Positions 31,645 through 40,574 are shown, numbered from the stretch's first letter. The stretch is DNA of 64,000 bases from Candidatus Hydrogenedentota bacterium (GCA_045863295.1 BTWA01000030.1:9914-73913); one strand, 5' to 3'. Notes: generated from the sequence alone by a model not told the origin. Program-made: numbers and translations.

Positions 31645-32190
31645 TCAGGCCTCCGCCGCGGCGGGTGCGGCAAGGCGATCGTATTCCGGCCGCAACATGC
31701 CGAATCCGAGCAAATCCGCGGCCTTGCCGTTTTGCAGCAGATGTCCCCGGTACGTCACTTCTCGCTTAGCACCCATTCTAGCGAGCGCGGAAAGAGCGGT
31801 TGTGTCGGAGGCGGCCACACGCGTGGACACTCGATGAAGATTGAGTTCGTCGAAGCAATACCGGAGTAGACCCAGCCAACCATCAAACACAATATCTTCC
31901 GTGCGATGCGCGGGAATCACGTAGAGACTGGAGGCGCATTGACGATTGCGCCACTGCATTTCGTAGATGGCGGCGAGGCCCACCGGCTGGTCTTTGTCGT
32001 CAGTCAGCATAAAAAATCCGATGCCGGCATTCTGCGAATTCAGGGCACCACCCAGCAGTGCTATCGCCTGCGCACCGTGCTGACGCCAGGACCGCCGGCT
32101 GTCACCAAAGACAAACTCGCGGAACACGGGGTCCTCGGCCCATTCGAGGACATAGTCGAGGTCGGCCCGCTCAAGACGTCGCAAGCGCAC
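31645..32190 (-). CDS. GNAT family N-acyltransferase (RimJ/RimL-like)
   Basis: LRRLERADL, MQWRNRQC, YCFDELNLHRV, GAKREVT, FGMLRPEY; a paralog of the downstream GNAT. Confidence 0.85.
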   Translation of the reverse strand: MRLRRLERADLDYVLEWAEDPVFREFVFGDSRRSWRQHGAQAIALLGGALNSQNAGIGFFMLTDDKDQPVGLAAIYEMQWRNRQCASSLYVIPAHRTEDIVFDGWLGLLRYCFDELNLHRVSTRVAASDTTALSALARMGAKREVTYRGHLLQNGKAADLLGFGMLRPEYDRLAAPAAAEA

Positions 32191-32743
32191 TGTATCGTTC
32201 CTTGTAGGCTTCCAAATGTTGGCAGCGGGATCGGGGCAGCGAATGCGATTCGAGATCGTAGTAGCGGCCGTGAGTATAGATCATGTCCCGTTGAATACCA
32301 TCGCACACGAAACCGTGACGCACGAGAAACGCGCGGTACAATTCCTCTGTGGTCAGGCAACTGGTTTGAATCTTGTTGAGTTTCTTCTCGACAAACGTGC
32401 CGTATGCGATGAAACCAAATACTTCGTCGGCGAGGGGCTGGCCGTAATCGGACTCATCGGCCATGGCGAGCATCATTTCCGCGAACGCGGATTCCATCTT
32501 GGCGCTACGCATCACGAAACAACCCCGAATATCCCCTTGCAGATTCTCAACGACAAAGAAGACGCCGGAAAGAAAGTCTTTCCGGCCAAGCATTTCGCGC
32601 AATTCGTCCAATGTGGGGATGTAGATTTCCCGCGAAGGACCGATCAGGAATGAACGAGGCGATGACATATCGTACAACTGCCACAGGGCGTACGCGTCAT
32701 CGGGTTCGCTCGAACGGATTATGCCGTGTTCCAATGCAATCAT
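32171..32743 (-). CDS. GNAT family N-acyltransferase (RimJ/RimL-like)
   Basis: IRSSEPDDA, FVEKKLNKI, HGFVCDGIQRDMIYTHGRYYD. Confidence 0.8.
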   Translation of the reverse strand: MIALEHGIIRSSEPDDAYALWQLYDMSSPRSFLIGPSREIYIPTLDELREMLGRKDFLSGVFFVVENLQGDIRGCFVMRSAKMESAFAEMMLAMADESDYGQPLADEVFGFIAYGTFVEKKLNKIQTSCLTTEELYRAFLVRHGFVCDGIQRDMIYTHGRYYDLESHSLPRSRCQHLEAYKERYSALATS

Positions 32744-32919
32744 GATGCGTCAAATTCTATCGGTAATGGGTTGCCACAGACGGAAAAGCCGATTGAATCG
32801 CTGCCATGGGTCTGTTCCAACAATTATGCCCGAATCGAGTTGGCCAACACTACCCCGTGGGTGGCGTGCGCCTTCCAATCGGATGCAATGTCGCTTTTCC
32901 TCCGGCACTCGCCGCATTC

Positions 32920-32949
32920 AAAAAAAAGCGGGGTTGAAGCCAACCCCGC
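32920..32949 (-). terminator. Rho-independent terminator after the peptide genes
   Basis: Perfect 9-bp stem GCGGGGTTG/CAACCCCGC (32928-32949) with a 4-nt loop, followed on the minus strand by T8 (A8 at 32920-32927 on +). Confidence 0.85.
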
Positions 32950-32981
32950 GAAACGTCCCGTATGCAAACAGCGCCGTGCGG

Positions 32982-33194
32982 CTAAAAGAACAAACGCTCT
33001 TCGTCGTCTCCACCCGTGTCACCGCCGCCGTCTCCCCCGTCATCCGGGGGATCGACGATCCCGCCGCCACCAATGATAAAGTTCTTCTTGCCGAAAACAA
33101 CGTCGTAGTAGCCATTCAGGACGGCATTTACAAAATCGATGGCGGCCGTGGCTTCCAGGATCTTCGTTTTCGTTAGTTTGCGCACGTGCTTCAT
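32982..33194 (-). CDS. Putative RiPP precursor peptide A (70 aa)
   Basis: MKHVRKLTKTKILEA-TAAIDFVNAVLNGYYDVVFGKKNFII-GGGG plus acidic tail; GGAG RBS; leader shared with the two neighbours. Confidence 0.75.
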   Translation of the reverse strand: MKHVRKLTKTKILEATAAIDFVNAVLNGYYDVVFGKKNFIIGGGGIVDPPDDGGDGGGDTGGDDEERLFF

Positions 33195-33243
33195 GGACGA
33201 TCTCCAGACCGACCCGGCCGCGCCGGATCCGTCAGCACCCAGC

Positions 33244-33381
33244 CTATCCCTTCAGGCCACCGATGGAGTTCTTCGTGGAAAACAGGAAGTTCAACCATGC
33301 GTTCCAGAACGTATTCAAAAAGTCATCATACGAAGCGGCCTGACGTATCCGCGCTGCGGAAATGTTTCGCACATGTCGCAT
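33244..33381 (-). CDS. Putative RiPP precursor peptide B (45 aa, not in ORF track)
   Basis: Hand translation: MRHVRNISAARIRQAASYDDFLNTFWNAWLNFLFSTKNSIGGLKG*. GGAGGAG RBS 5 nt before the ATG; aligns without gaps to precursor A. Confidence 0.8.
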   Translation of the reverse strand: MRHVRNISAARIRQAASYDDFLNTFWNAWLNFLFSTKNSIGGLKG

Positions 33382-33479
33382 GAACACTCCTCCATGTAGT
33401 TCGTGAAATGGCGCTGACTACGGCAGCGTCATCACGGGTATCAGCGGTAATTCATAACCCCAACACGGCCGTATCGGCG

Positions 33480-33701
33480 TCAGGTATTCTCTTCCGGATT
33501 CTTCTCTTCGCTATACGCCGTGAGCGCGGCCAAGAACCCCTGCAAGCCAGTCACCGAGGCAGTGAAGATGGCGCTAAACGCAGTGACGAATACGGTTACA
33601 ACGTCAAAACCCAGCGTCAATATGGAGATTAGTACCTCCAGATTGGTCTGATCGGCCTCGGCACGTAACGGTTGCTTGGAAATCATGGTCAGGTGTTTCA
33701 A
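33480..33701 (-). CDS. Putative RiPP precursor peptide C (73 aa)
   Basis: TTG start with GGGAGA RBS; MKHLTMISKQPLRAEA leader, long hydrophobic Thr/Ser-rich core, EEKNPEENT end. Confidence 0.72.
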   Translation of the reverse strand: MKHLTMISKQPLRAEADQTNLEVLISILTLGFDVVTVFVTAFSAIFTASVTGLQGFLAALTAYSEEKNPEENT

Positions 33702-33910
33702 GGTGATTCTCCCGAAATACTGTCTTCTACCCTGTTGTAGAGCCCACCAGAATGTGAACCCCTCAACAGCTCAAAAGTTCCGCCACAACGCTGCACCAAG
33801 GACATCGCCCTGCGTGTGATCCACGTCCAGCAACGTTACAGCGGATTCTGCGGATGGTGCGTCAATAATTTACACCCACGCAGAGAACCGAGACCAACAC
33901 GCGTTCGACG

Positions 33911-33939
33911 AGTCTAGCACCAAACCATCCCGTTATCAA
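33911..33939 (-). promoter_or_regulatory. Sigma70-type promoter upstream of the peptide cluster
   Basis: Minus strand reads TTGATA, 17-nt spacer ending TGC, TAGACT; same TGC-extended -10 style as the rpoB, rpsL and tRNA promoters. Confidence 0.6.
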
Positions 33940-34112
33940 TGACATCAAATGCTTAACCGGGAATGGGTTAGCCCCCCGAAGAACTCCCGTACTATAGGGT
34001 CCCGCCTTATCCTACCGCAACGGACGTAAGCCGTTACGGTCTCGAAACGGGTACTACTGACGAGAAACACTTTACATCAACCCGGCAACGCGGTGCACAC
34101 AAAGGAAGTCCC

Positions 34113-35618
34113 TTAACGGACACCGGCAACTTCCACACTGTCGTACCCAAAGGATTGGGCGCTCGGAAGGTCCGAATGGCCCATCAGCCGAATATCAATG
34201 GCACGTGCGGCCTCACGGCCTTCGTGAATGGCCCAGACCACCAGCGACTGTCCGCGGCGCGCGTCGCCTGCCGCAAAGACATTGGGCTTGCTTGTGCTGT
34301 ACTGGCCGTATTCGGCTTTCACATTTCCACGTGGATCTAATTCCAGCCCAAGTTGTTTGGGCAAAACATGTTCGGGATGAACAAAGCCCATGGCCAAGAG
34401 CACCAGTTCACACTCAATCTCGAACTCGCTGCCAGCCACTTCCTTCATTTGCATCCGGCCCGAATCGTCTTTCACCCATTCGACACGGACCGCCTGGATA
34501 GCGCGCAATTTCCCGTTGCCGTCTCCCAGGAACTCCTTAGTAAGCACGCTGAAATCGCGGTCGCCCCCTTCTTCGTGGCTCGAAGACGTACGATAAATAA
34601 CGGGCCACAGGGGCCAAGGGGTTGACGGATTCTCGCCCTCGGGCGGACGAGGCAACAACTCCAACGACCACACGTGCTTCGCCCCCTGCCGCAGACTGGT
34701 GCCGAGGCAGTCGGAACCCGTGTCGCCGCCACCGAGAATTACCACGGTTTTGCCATTGGCCAAAATCGCGTTTTCTACGACTTCCTTTCCCGAAACCCTA
34801 CGGTTTTGCTGGGTCAGAAAATCCATGGCGAAGTGTACGCCGTCCAGTTCACGTCCGGGGATCGGGAGATCCCGGGGTTGGGTCGACCCTGTGGTCAACA
34901 GAATGGCGTCAAATTCTTTCTCCAACTCAGCGGCGGTGACGTCTTTGCCCACTTCCACGCCGCACCGGAAAATGACGCCTTCAGCGGCCATCTGCTTCAG
35001 CCGCCGGCGCACGACGTCCTTGTTCAGCTTGAAATCCGGAATACCGTACATCAGCAAGCCACCAGCCTCATCCGCGCGCTCGAAAAGGGTGACTGTATGG
35101 CCAGCCCGGTTCAGTTGTTGCGCGGCGGCCAACCCAGCCGGACCGGACCCAATTACCGCGACTTTCTTTCCGGTCCGGACTTCCGGCAACTCGGGATTGA
35201 TCCAGCCTTCCGCGAAGCCGCGGTCGGCGATGGAACGTTCGTTCAGTTTGATGGTGACGGGCGGATCCGTGATTCCCAGCACGCACGATGCCTCGCACGG
35301 CGCTGGGCACACTCGACCAGTAAACTCCGGGAAGTTATTGGTGGAAAGCAACGTATCCAAGGCGCGTTTCCAATCCAAATCCTTCACACCGTCGTTGAAA
35401 TCGGGAATGATGTTCCCCAGGGGGCAGCCGGACATGCAAAACGGGATGCCGCAATTCATGCAGCGGTACCCCTGCTCCTTCATTTTCGAATCATCGAAAT
35501 CCTGGAGGAACTCGTCCCAATGCTTTGTGCGCTCTTCTACAGGCCGGTACGACGGCGTTTCCCGCTTGTATACCATGAACCCTTTTTCTTTCGAGGGTCC
35601 ATTGTTATTTGACGGCAT
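34113..35618 (-). CDS. gltD: Glutamate synthase small subunit
   Basis: RCMNCGIPFCMSGCPLGNIIP, NNFPEFTGRVCPAPCE, GSGPAGLAAA, GGGDTGSDC, RRGQSLVVWAI. AGGAGG RBS before the ATG at 35618. Confidence 0.95.
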   Translation of the reverse strand: MPSNNNGPSKEKGFMVYKRETPSYRPVEERTKHWDEFLQDFDDSKMKEQGYRCMNCGIPFCMSGCPLGNIIPDFNDGVKDLDWKRALDTLLSTNNFPEFTGRVCPAPCEASCVLGITDPPVTIKLNERSIADRGFAEGWINPELPEVRTGKKVAVIGSGPAGLAAAQQLNRAGHTVTLFERADEAGGLLMYGIPDFKLNKDVVRRRLKQMAAEGVIFRCGVEVGKDVTAAELEKEFDAILLTTGSTQPRDLPIPGRELDGVHFAMDFLTQQNRRVSGKEVVENAILANGKTVVILGGGDTGSDCLGTSLRQGAKHVWSLELLPRPPEGENPSTPWPLWPVIYRTSSSHEEGGDRDFSVLTKEFLGDGNGKLRAIQAVRVEWVKDDSGRMQMKEVAGSEFEIECELVLLAMGFVHPEHVLPKQLGLELDPRGNVKAEYGQYSTSKPNVFAAGDARRGQSLVVWAIHEGREAARAIDIRLMGHSDLPSAQSFGYDSVEVAGVR

Positions 35619-38600
35619 GCTGAACCTCCTGAGCGACGGCCTTGCCATTGTCTCCACCGGCTTGCCGTTCCATTTCACGCAACACCCGCGCGTAATCGCG
35701 CGGCATCACCCGGACAAAGTGCTGAGACTCAGAAGTCCAGTTGTCGAGGATCCGCTTCGCCACGGTGCTGCCGGTGTACTGAACATGCCGATCCAGCATG
35801 TACTTCAAATCGTTCAGACTCTTTTCGTTCATCGGCTTCAAGTCAACAGACTCTTGATTGCACAGAATGGGAAAGGAACCGTTTGGGTCGTACACGAACG
35901 CAATGCCACCGCTCATGCCTGCCGCGAAGTTCCGCCCGGTCGGCCCAAGAATGGCCGCACGGCCGCCAGTCATGTACTCGCACCCATGATCGCCCACGCC
36001 TTCGACAACCGCCCAGGCGCCGCTGTTGCGCACGCAGAAGCGCTCGCCGCCAATGCCGCGAAAATACGCTTCTCCGCCCGTGGCGCCGTATAGGGCCACA
36101 TTGCCTACCACGATGTTCTGCTCGGGTGTCATGGGGCACTCGGCCGGCGGTGTCACAATAATCTTGCCGCCGGAAAGTCCCTTGCCGCAGTAGTCGTTGG
36201 CTTCGCCGGTCACGTTCAAAGTCACGCCTTTGATCGAAAACGCGCCAAAGCTTTGGCCCGCCTGACCTGTGCAATCGATCCACACGGTGTCTTCAGGCAA
36301 AGTGCCGGTTTCGAGACCGACCTTGTGAACGCGCGTCAATTCACTGGAAAGCATCGTTCCGACGGTACGGTTGATGTTCTTTATTTCCGTCGAAAACCGT
36401 ACCTTTTCAACTTGGTCGAAAGATGCAGCTGGTTTGAGCGCCGCGCTTGCACGCACAAGAAGGTCGTTGTCCAACGCCTTCTCCAGTCCGTGATCCTGGG
36501 TCTGGCTGTGATAAAGCGTCTCCCCTTTCCACGGCGTCTCCACATGAAGCAGGCGGGTAAGGTCGAGCTTCTTTGCCTTCCAGTGATCCGGCAGGGGGTC
36601 GTATTCGAGCCGGTCGGTGCGGCCGATCATTTCATTAACGGTGCGGAAACCGAGTTCCGCCATGATGGCCCGCACTTCCTCGGCAATGAAGAAACACAAA
36701 TTCACAACGTACTCGGGCTTGCCCGCGAATTTCTTGCGCAGTTCCGCATCTTGTGTCGCAATGCCGACCGGGCAGGTGTTCAAATGACACTTGCGCATCA
36801 TGATACACCCCGTCGCAATGAGCGGCAATGTCGCCATGCCCACTTCGTCGGCGCCCAGCAGGAACGCAATGGCCACATCGCGGCCGGTCTTAATCTGGCC
36901 GTCCGTTTGTACGCGAATTCGGCTTCGCAAATTGTTGGACACCAGAACCTGGTGGGTCTCGGAGAGGCCCAACTCCCACGGCAGACCCGCATGCTTGATC
37001 GAACTCAGGGGCGACGCGCCGGTTCCACCATTGTCGCCGCTGACAAGTACCAAATCGGACTTGCCCTTGGCCACGCCCGCGGCGACCGTACCCACACCCA
37101 CTTCCGACACGAGCTTCACCGAGATGTTCGCGTACTTGTTCGCGTTCTTCAGATCATGAATGAGTTGCGCCAAGTCTTCGATCGAATAGATGTCGTGATG
37201 CGGCGGAGGCGAAATCAATTCCACGCCGGGCGTGGAATAGCGAATGCGCGCAATCTCCGGGAACACTTTGTGCCCCGGCAATTCGCCGCCTTCACCGGGC
37301 TTCGCACCCTGCGCCATTTTGATTTGGAGTTCGTCCGCATTGACAAGGTATTCGTTGGTCACGCCAAAGCGGCCGGAGGCCACTTGCTTAATCGCGCTGC
37401 GACGCAGATCGCCATTGCCATCCGCCACGAATCGTTTTGGATCTTCGCCGCCTTCGCCGGTGTTGCTTCGGCCGCCGATACGGTTCATCGCAATCGCCAG
37501 CGTTTCGTGCGCTTCCTTGCTGATCGAACCAAACGACATGGCCCCCGTGCAGAACCGCTTCACGATTTCTTTCGCGGATTCCACTTCCTCGATAGGAACC
37601 GGGGTGCCTTTCTTGAACTTCAACAACGAACGCAGCGCGGCCAACGACCGGTTGCGATCATTGATGAGGGCGCTGAACTCCCGGAATTTCTCCTGGCTAT
37701 TCGCGCGCACGGCATGTTGCACCCGCGACACGGTGTCGGGGTTGTACATGTGAAATTCGCCGCGCCGGCGCCAGCGGTATACACCGCCCGGATCCAACTC
37801 GCGGGGCCGTGCATGCGCCTTCGGATACGCAATGGAATGACGCATGAGCGTCTCGCGGCACACGTCCTCCATCTCGATTCCGCCAATGCGCGAAGCTGTA
37901 CCCGCAAAGCATCGGTCAATCAGGATTGGGCCGAGGCCCAGGGCTTCGAAGATTTGCGCGCTTCGGTAGCTGTGCTGCGTCGAGATGCCGATCTTTGACA
38001 TCGTCTTCAGCATGCCCGCTTCAACCGCGTGAATGAAATTCGCGACGGCTTGCCCCGGTTCCTTTTCCACCAGGATTTCCCGTTGGAGTTGGTCCTCGAT
38101 CGTGGCGAAGGCGAGGTATGGATTCACCGCGCCCGCGCCGTATCCCGTCAAGAGGCAGAAGTGCATAACTTCGCGGGGCTCGCCGGATTCCACCACGATA
38201 CCGCAATGGCTGCGAAGCCCTTTGCGCACCAGGTGATGGTGCACACCGCCCGTCGCGAGCAAGCTCGGAATCGCGGCATTCTTTTCACCCACACCGCGAT
38301 CGGACAGCAGAAGGAGCGTGTACCCCGCTTGGGTAGCGGCTTCCGCCTCATTGCAAATGCGATCGAGGTGTCTCTCAAGCGCGCCAAAGCCCTCTTCCGC
38401 AGGAAACAGCGTCGAAATGACTTTCGTCTTCAGACCTGGCTTGTCCAAGTGCTTGATATAGTCGAGTTGCTCGTTCGTGATGATGGGCGACTTCAAATGA
38501 AGCTGTTGGCAGTCTTCCGGAGTCGCATCGAGCAGATTCTTCTCGCGGCCGATATCGGTTTCCAGCGACATGACGATTTCTTCGCGGATCGGATCGATCG

Positions 38601-40215
38601 GCGGGTTCGTCACTTGCGCAAACAACTGCTTGAAGTAATTGAACAGCAATTGCGGGCGATTCGAGAGCACGGCCAGCGGCGCGTCATTTCCCATCGATCC
38701 GAGCGGCTGCTTGCCTTTCTCGGCCATGGGATTGATGATGATCTCGATGTCTTCCAACGTGTAGCCGAATACCTGCTGTTGTTCGAGCAACGGCGCTTCG
38801 GCAACGGCGGCCTTGCCATTCGACGGCGGACACGACGCCGGCAGCACATGGCGGTGCAAATCCAGCCACGCACGGTAGGGTTTGGCCTTGCCGTACTTTT
38901 CCTTCAATTCCTCATCATTGACGATCCGCTTTTCTTCGGTGTCGATGAGGAACATGCGGCCCGGTTCAAGCCGGCCCTTCTTGATAATTTTTTCCTGCGG
39001 CACATTAAGCACGCCGACTTCGGAGGCCATCACCACAAAGTTGTCGTTCGTGACCCAATAGCGCGACGGCCGCAGGCCATTGCGATCGAGCAACGCGCCG
39101 ATCTGCACACCGTTGGTAAACGCAACCGACGCGGGCCCGTCCCACGGTTCCATTTTGCAGGCGTGATATTCATAGAACGCCTTGCGCCAATCCGGCATTT
39201 GGGGATTGCCGCTCCACGGCTCAGGCACCAGCATCATCATGGCATGGGCTGCGTCACGGCCGCCCAGCATGAGCAACTCAAAGGTAGAGTCGAATATCGC
39301 GGAGTCGCTGTCGCCTTCCTTGTGAATAGGCGCCAGCTTTGCGATATCGGCGCCAAACAGGCTGCTGGCGAGATCCGTTTCGCGCGACCGCATCATATTC
39401 ATATTTCCGCGCAACGTATTGATTTCGCCGTTGTGCGCGAGATAGCGGAACGGGTGGGCCAACGGCCACGACGGAAACGTATTCGTGCTGTACCGCTGGT
39501 GCACCAGCGCCAGGGCGCTTTCCGTGTCCGGATTCTTCAGATCCTGATAGTAGCTGCCCATCTGCGCGGCGAGCATCAGTCCCTTGTAAACTACCGTGCG
39601 CGAGGACATGCTCGGTGAATAAAACTGCGCGCGCGAGGGAATATCGGAGGTATAAATCTTTTTCTCGGCAACCTTACGGATGACATACAGCTTGCGTTCG
39701 AACGCATCCTGATCCAGGCCTGCTGCCCGCTGGATGAAGACCTGCTGCATGACCGGCTCATTCTGGCGTGCAAGCGATCCAATCTTGCTCGAATCGCGCG
39801 GCACGTCGCGCCAGCCCAATACGGTCTGTCCCTCGGCTTTTACAGCTTCCTCGACAATGGCAATACACCGTTTGCGATCCGCGTCGTTGTGCGGCAGGAA
39901 AATCATACCCGCCGCATACGCGCCCTGATCCGGCAACGTGAATTTCAGCCGTTCCGCCTCCTTCTGGAAGAGTTTATGCGGCGTCTGAATCAGAATGCCG
40001 GCGCCATCGCCCGTTTCCGGGTCGCAACCGCATGCGCCGCGGTGTTCCAGATTCTCCAGCACGTGGATGGCCTGGGCCAGAATGTCGTGGGTAACGCGGC
40101 CGTCAATGTTCGCCACAAACCCGACGCCACACGCGTCGTGCTCGGTAAACGGCTCGTACAGCCCGTCTGTGGATGGTTTCCGTGGATACAAGGTTTTACG
40201 CCCACCTTTCTTCAT
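35605..40215 (-). CDS. gltB: Glutamate synthase large subunit
   Basis: EHDACGVGF, HQRYSTNT, AHNGEINT, GAMSFGSIS, AQGAKPGEGG, CHLNTCPVGIATQ. Start uncertain (40215 chosen). Confidence 0.96.
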   Translation of the reverse strand: MKKGGRKTLYPRKPSTDGLYEPFTEHDACGVGFVANIDGRVTHDILAQAIHVLENLEHRGACGCDPETGDGAGILIQTPHKLFQKEAERLKFTLPDQGAYAAGMIFLPHNDADRKRCIAIVEEAVKAEGQTVLGWRDVPRDSSKIGSLARQNEPVMQQVFIQRAAGLDQDAFERKLYVIRKVAEKKIYTSDIPSRAQFYSPSMSSRTVVYKGLMLAAQMGSYYQDLKNPDTESALALVHQRYSTNTFPSWPLAHPFRYLAHNGEINTLRGNMNMMRSRETDLASSLFGADIAKLAPIHKEGDSDSAIFDSTFELLMLGGRDAAHAMMMLVPEPWSGNPQMPDWRKAFYEYHACKMEPWDGPASVAFTNGVQIGALLDRNGLRPSRYWVTNDNFVVMASEVGVLNVPQEKIIKKGRLEPGRMFLIDTEEKRIVNDEELKEKYGKAKPYRAWLDLHRHVLPASCPPSNGKAAVAEAPLLEQQQVFGYTLEDIEIIINPMAEKGKQPLGSMGNDAPLAVLSNRPQLLFNYFKQLFAQVTNPPIDPIREEIVMSLETDIGREKNLLDATPEDCQQLHLKSPIITNEQLDYIKHLDKPGLKTKVISTLFPAEEGFGALERHLDRICNEAEAATQAGYTLLLLSDRGVGEKNAAIPSLLATGGVHHHLVRKGLRSHCGIVVESGEPREVMHFCLLTGYGAGAVNPYLAFATIEDQLQREILVEKEPGQAVANFIHAVEAGMLKTMSKIGISTQHSYRSAQIFEALGLGPILIDRCFAGTASRIGGIEMEDVCRETLMRHSIAYPKAHARPRELDPGGVYRWRRRGEFHMYNPDTVSRVQHAVRANSQEKFREFSALINDRNRSLAALRSLLKFKKGTPVPIEEVESAKEIVKRFCTGAMSFGSISKEAHETLAIAMNRIGGRSNTGEGGEDPKRFVADGNGDLRRSAIKQVASGRFGVTNEYLVNADELQIKMAQGAKPGEGGELPGHKVFPEIARIRYSTPGVELISPPPHHDIYSIEDLAQLIHDLKNANKYANISVKLVSEVGVGTVAAGVAKGKSDLVLVSGDNGGTGASPLSSIKHAGLPWELGLSETHQVLVSNNLRSRIRVQTDGQIKTGRDVAIAFLLGADEVGMATLPLIATGCIMMRKCHLNTCPVGIATQDAELRKKFAGKPEYVVNLCFFIAEEVRAIMAELGFRTVNEMIGRTDRLEYDPLPDHWKAKKLDLTRLLHVETPWKGETLYHSQTQDHGLEKALDNDLLVRASAALKPAASFDQVEKVRFSTEIKNINRTVGTMLSSELTRVHKVGLETGTLPEDTVWIDCTGQAGQSFGAFSIKGVTLNVTGEANDYCGKGLSGGKIIVTPPAECPMTPEQNIVVGNVALYGATGGEAYFRGIGGERFCVRNSGAWAVVEGVGDHGCEYMTGGRAAILGPTGRNFAAGMSGGIAFVYDPNGSFPILCNQESVDLKPMNEKSLNDLKYMLDRHVQYTGSTVAKRILDNWTSESQHFVRVMPRDYARVLREMERQAGGDNGKAVAQEVQHAVK

Positions 40216-40544
40216 CAAGAGAATTAGGCAGTTAGAGTTGGCCTGCTCGTCCTGTGTAACCTGGACTTGGTACATGTTGCCCAGCACAGCGAACCAGGAC
40301 CCTGCCGTCAGGCAGCGCATCGCTACCGAAAATATATACCCGAAACGTTCGTGTTTCCGGCGAAACCCTTGCGAGATCCGGACCGGCGAGCAGGAGCTAC
40401 AACTCCTTGCTAATACTCATCTTAAGTCATGTCGCACGAACCAATTCACGCCGTAGCCACGCGTCGCAGCGGCATGACCTCCCTTCGCGATCAGCTCACA
40501 CGCATCGCGAAAAAAGCGGGCTAAACAGAAGAATCCGTCGGAAG

Positions 40545-40574
40545 ATCGTACAAAAAAAGCGTTTCAAGTGTCAA
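40545..40574 (-). promoter_or_regulatory. Probable sigma70 promoter for gltBD
   Basis: Minus strand TTGACA, 18-nt spacer, TACGAT. Confidence 0.5.

Noticed and set aside
33702..34112. Additional M[KR]H-type precursor upstream of peptide C
   Set aside because: Manual reading of the minus strand found no further ORF with this leader and an RBS.
34674..39618. Long plus-strand ORFs (464, 581, 529 aa) opposite gltBD
   Set aside because: Antisense shadows of GC-rich coding sequence with no recognisable motifs. The same applies to shadow ORFs opposite clpA, icd, asd and rpoBC.
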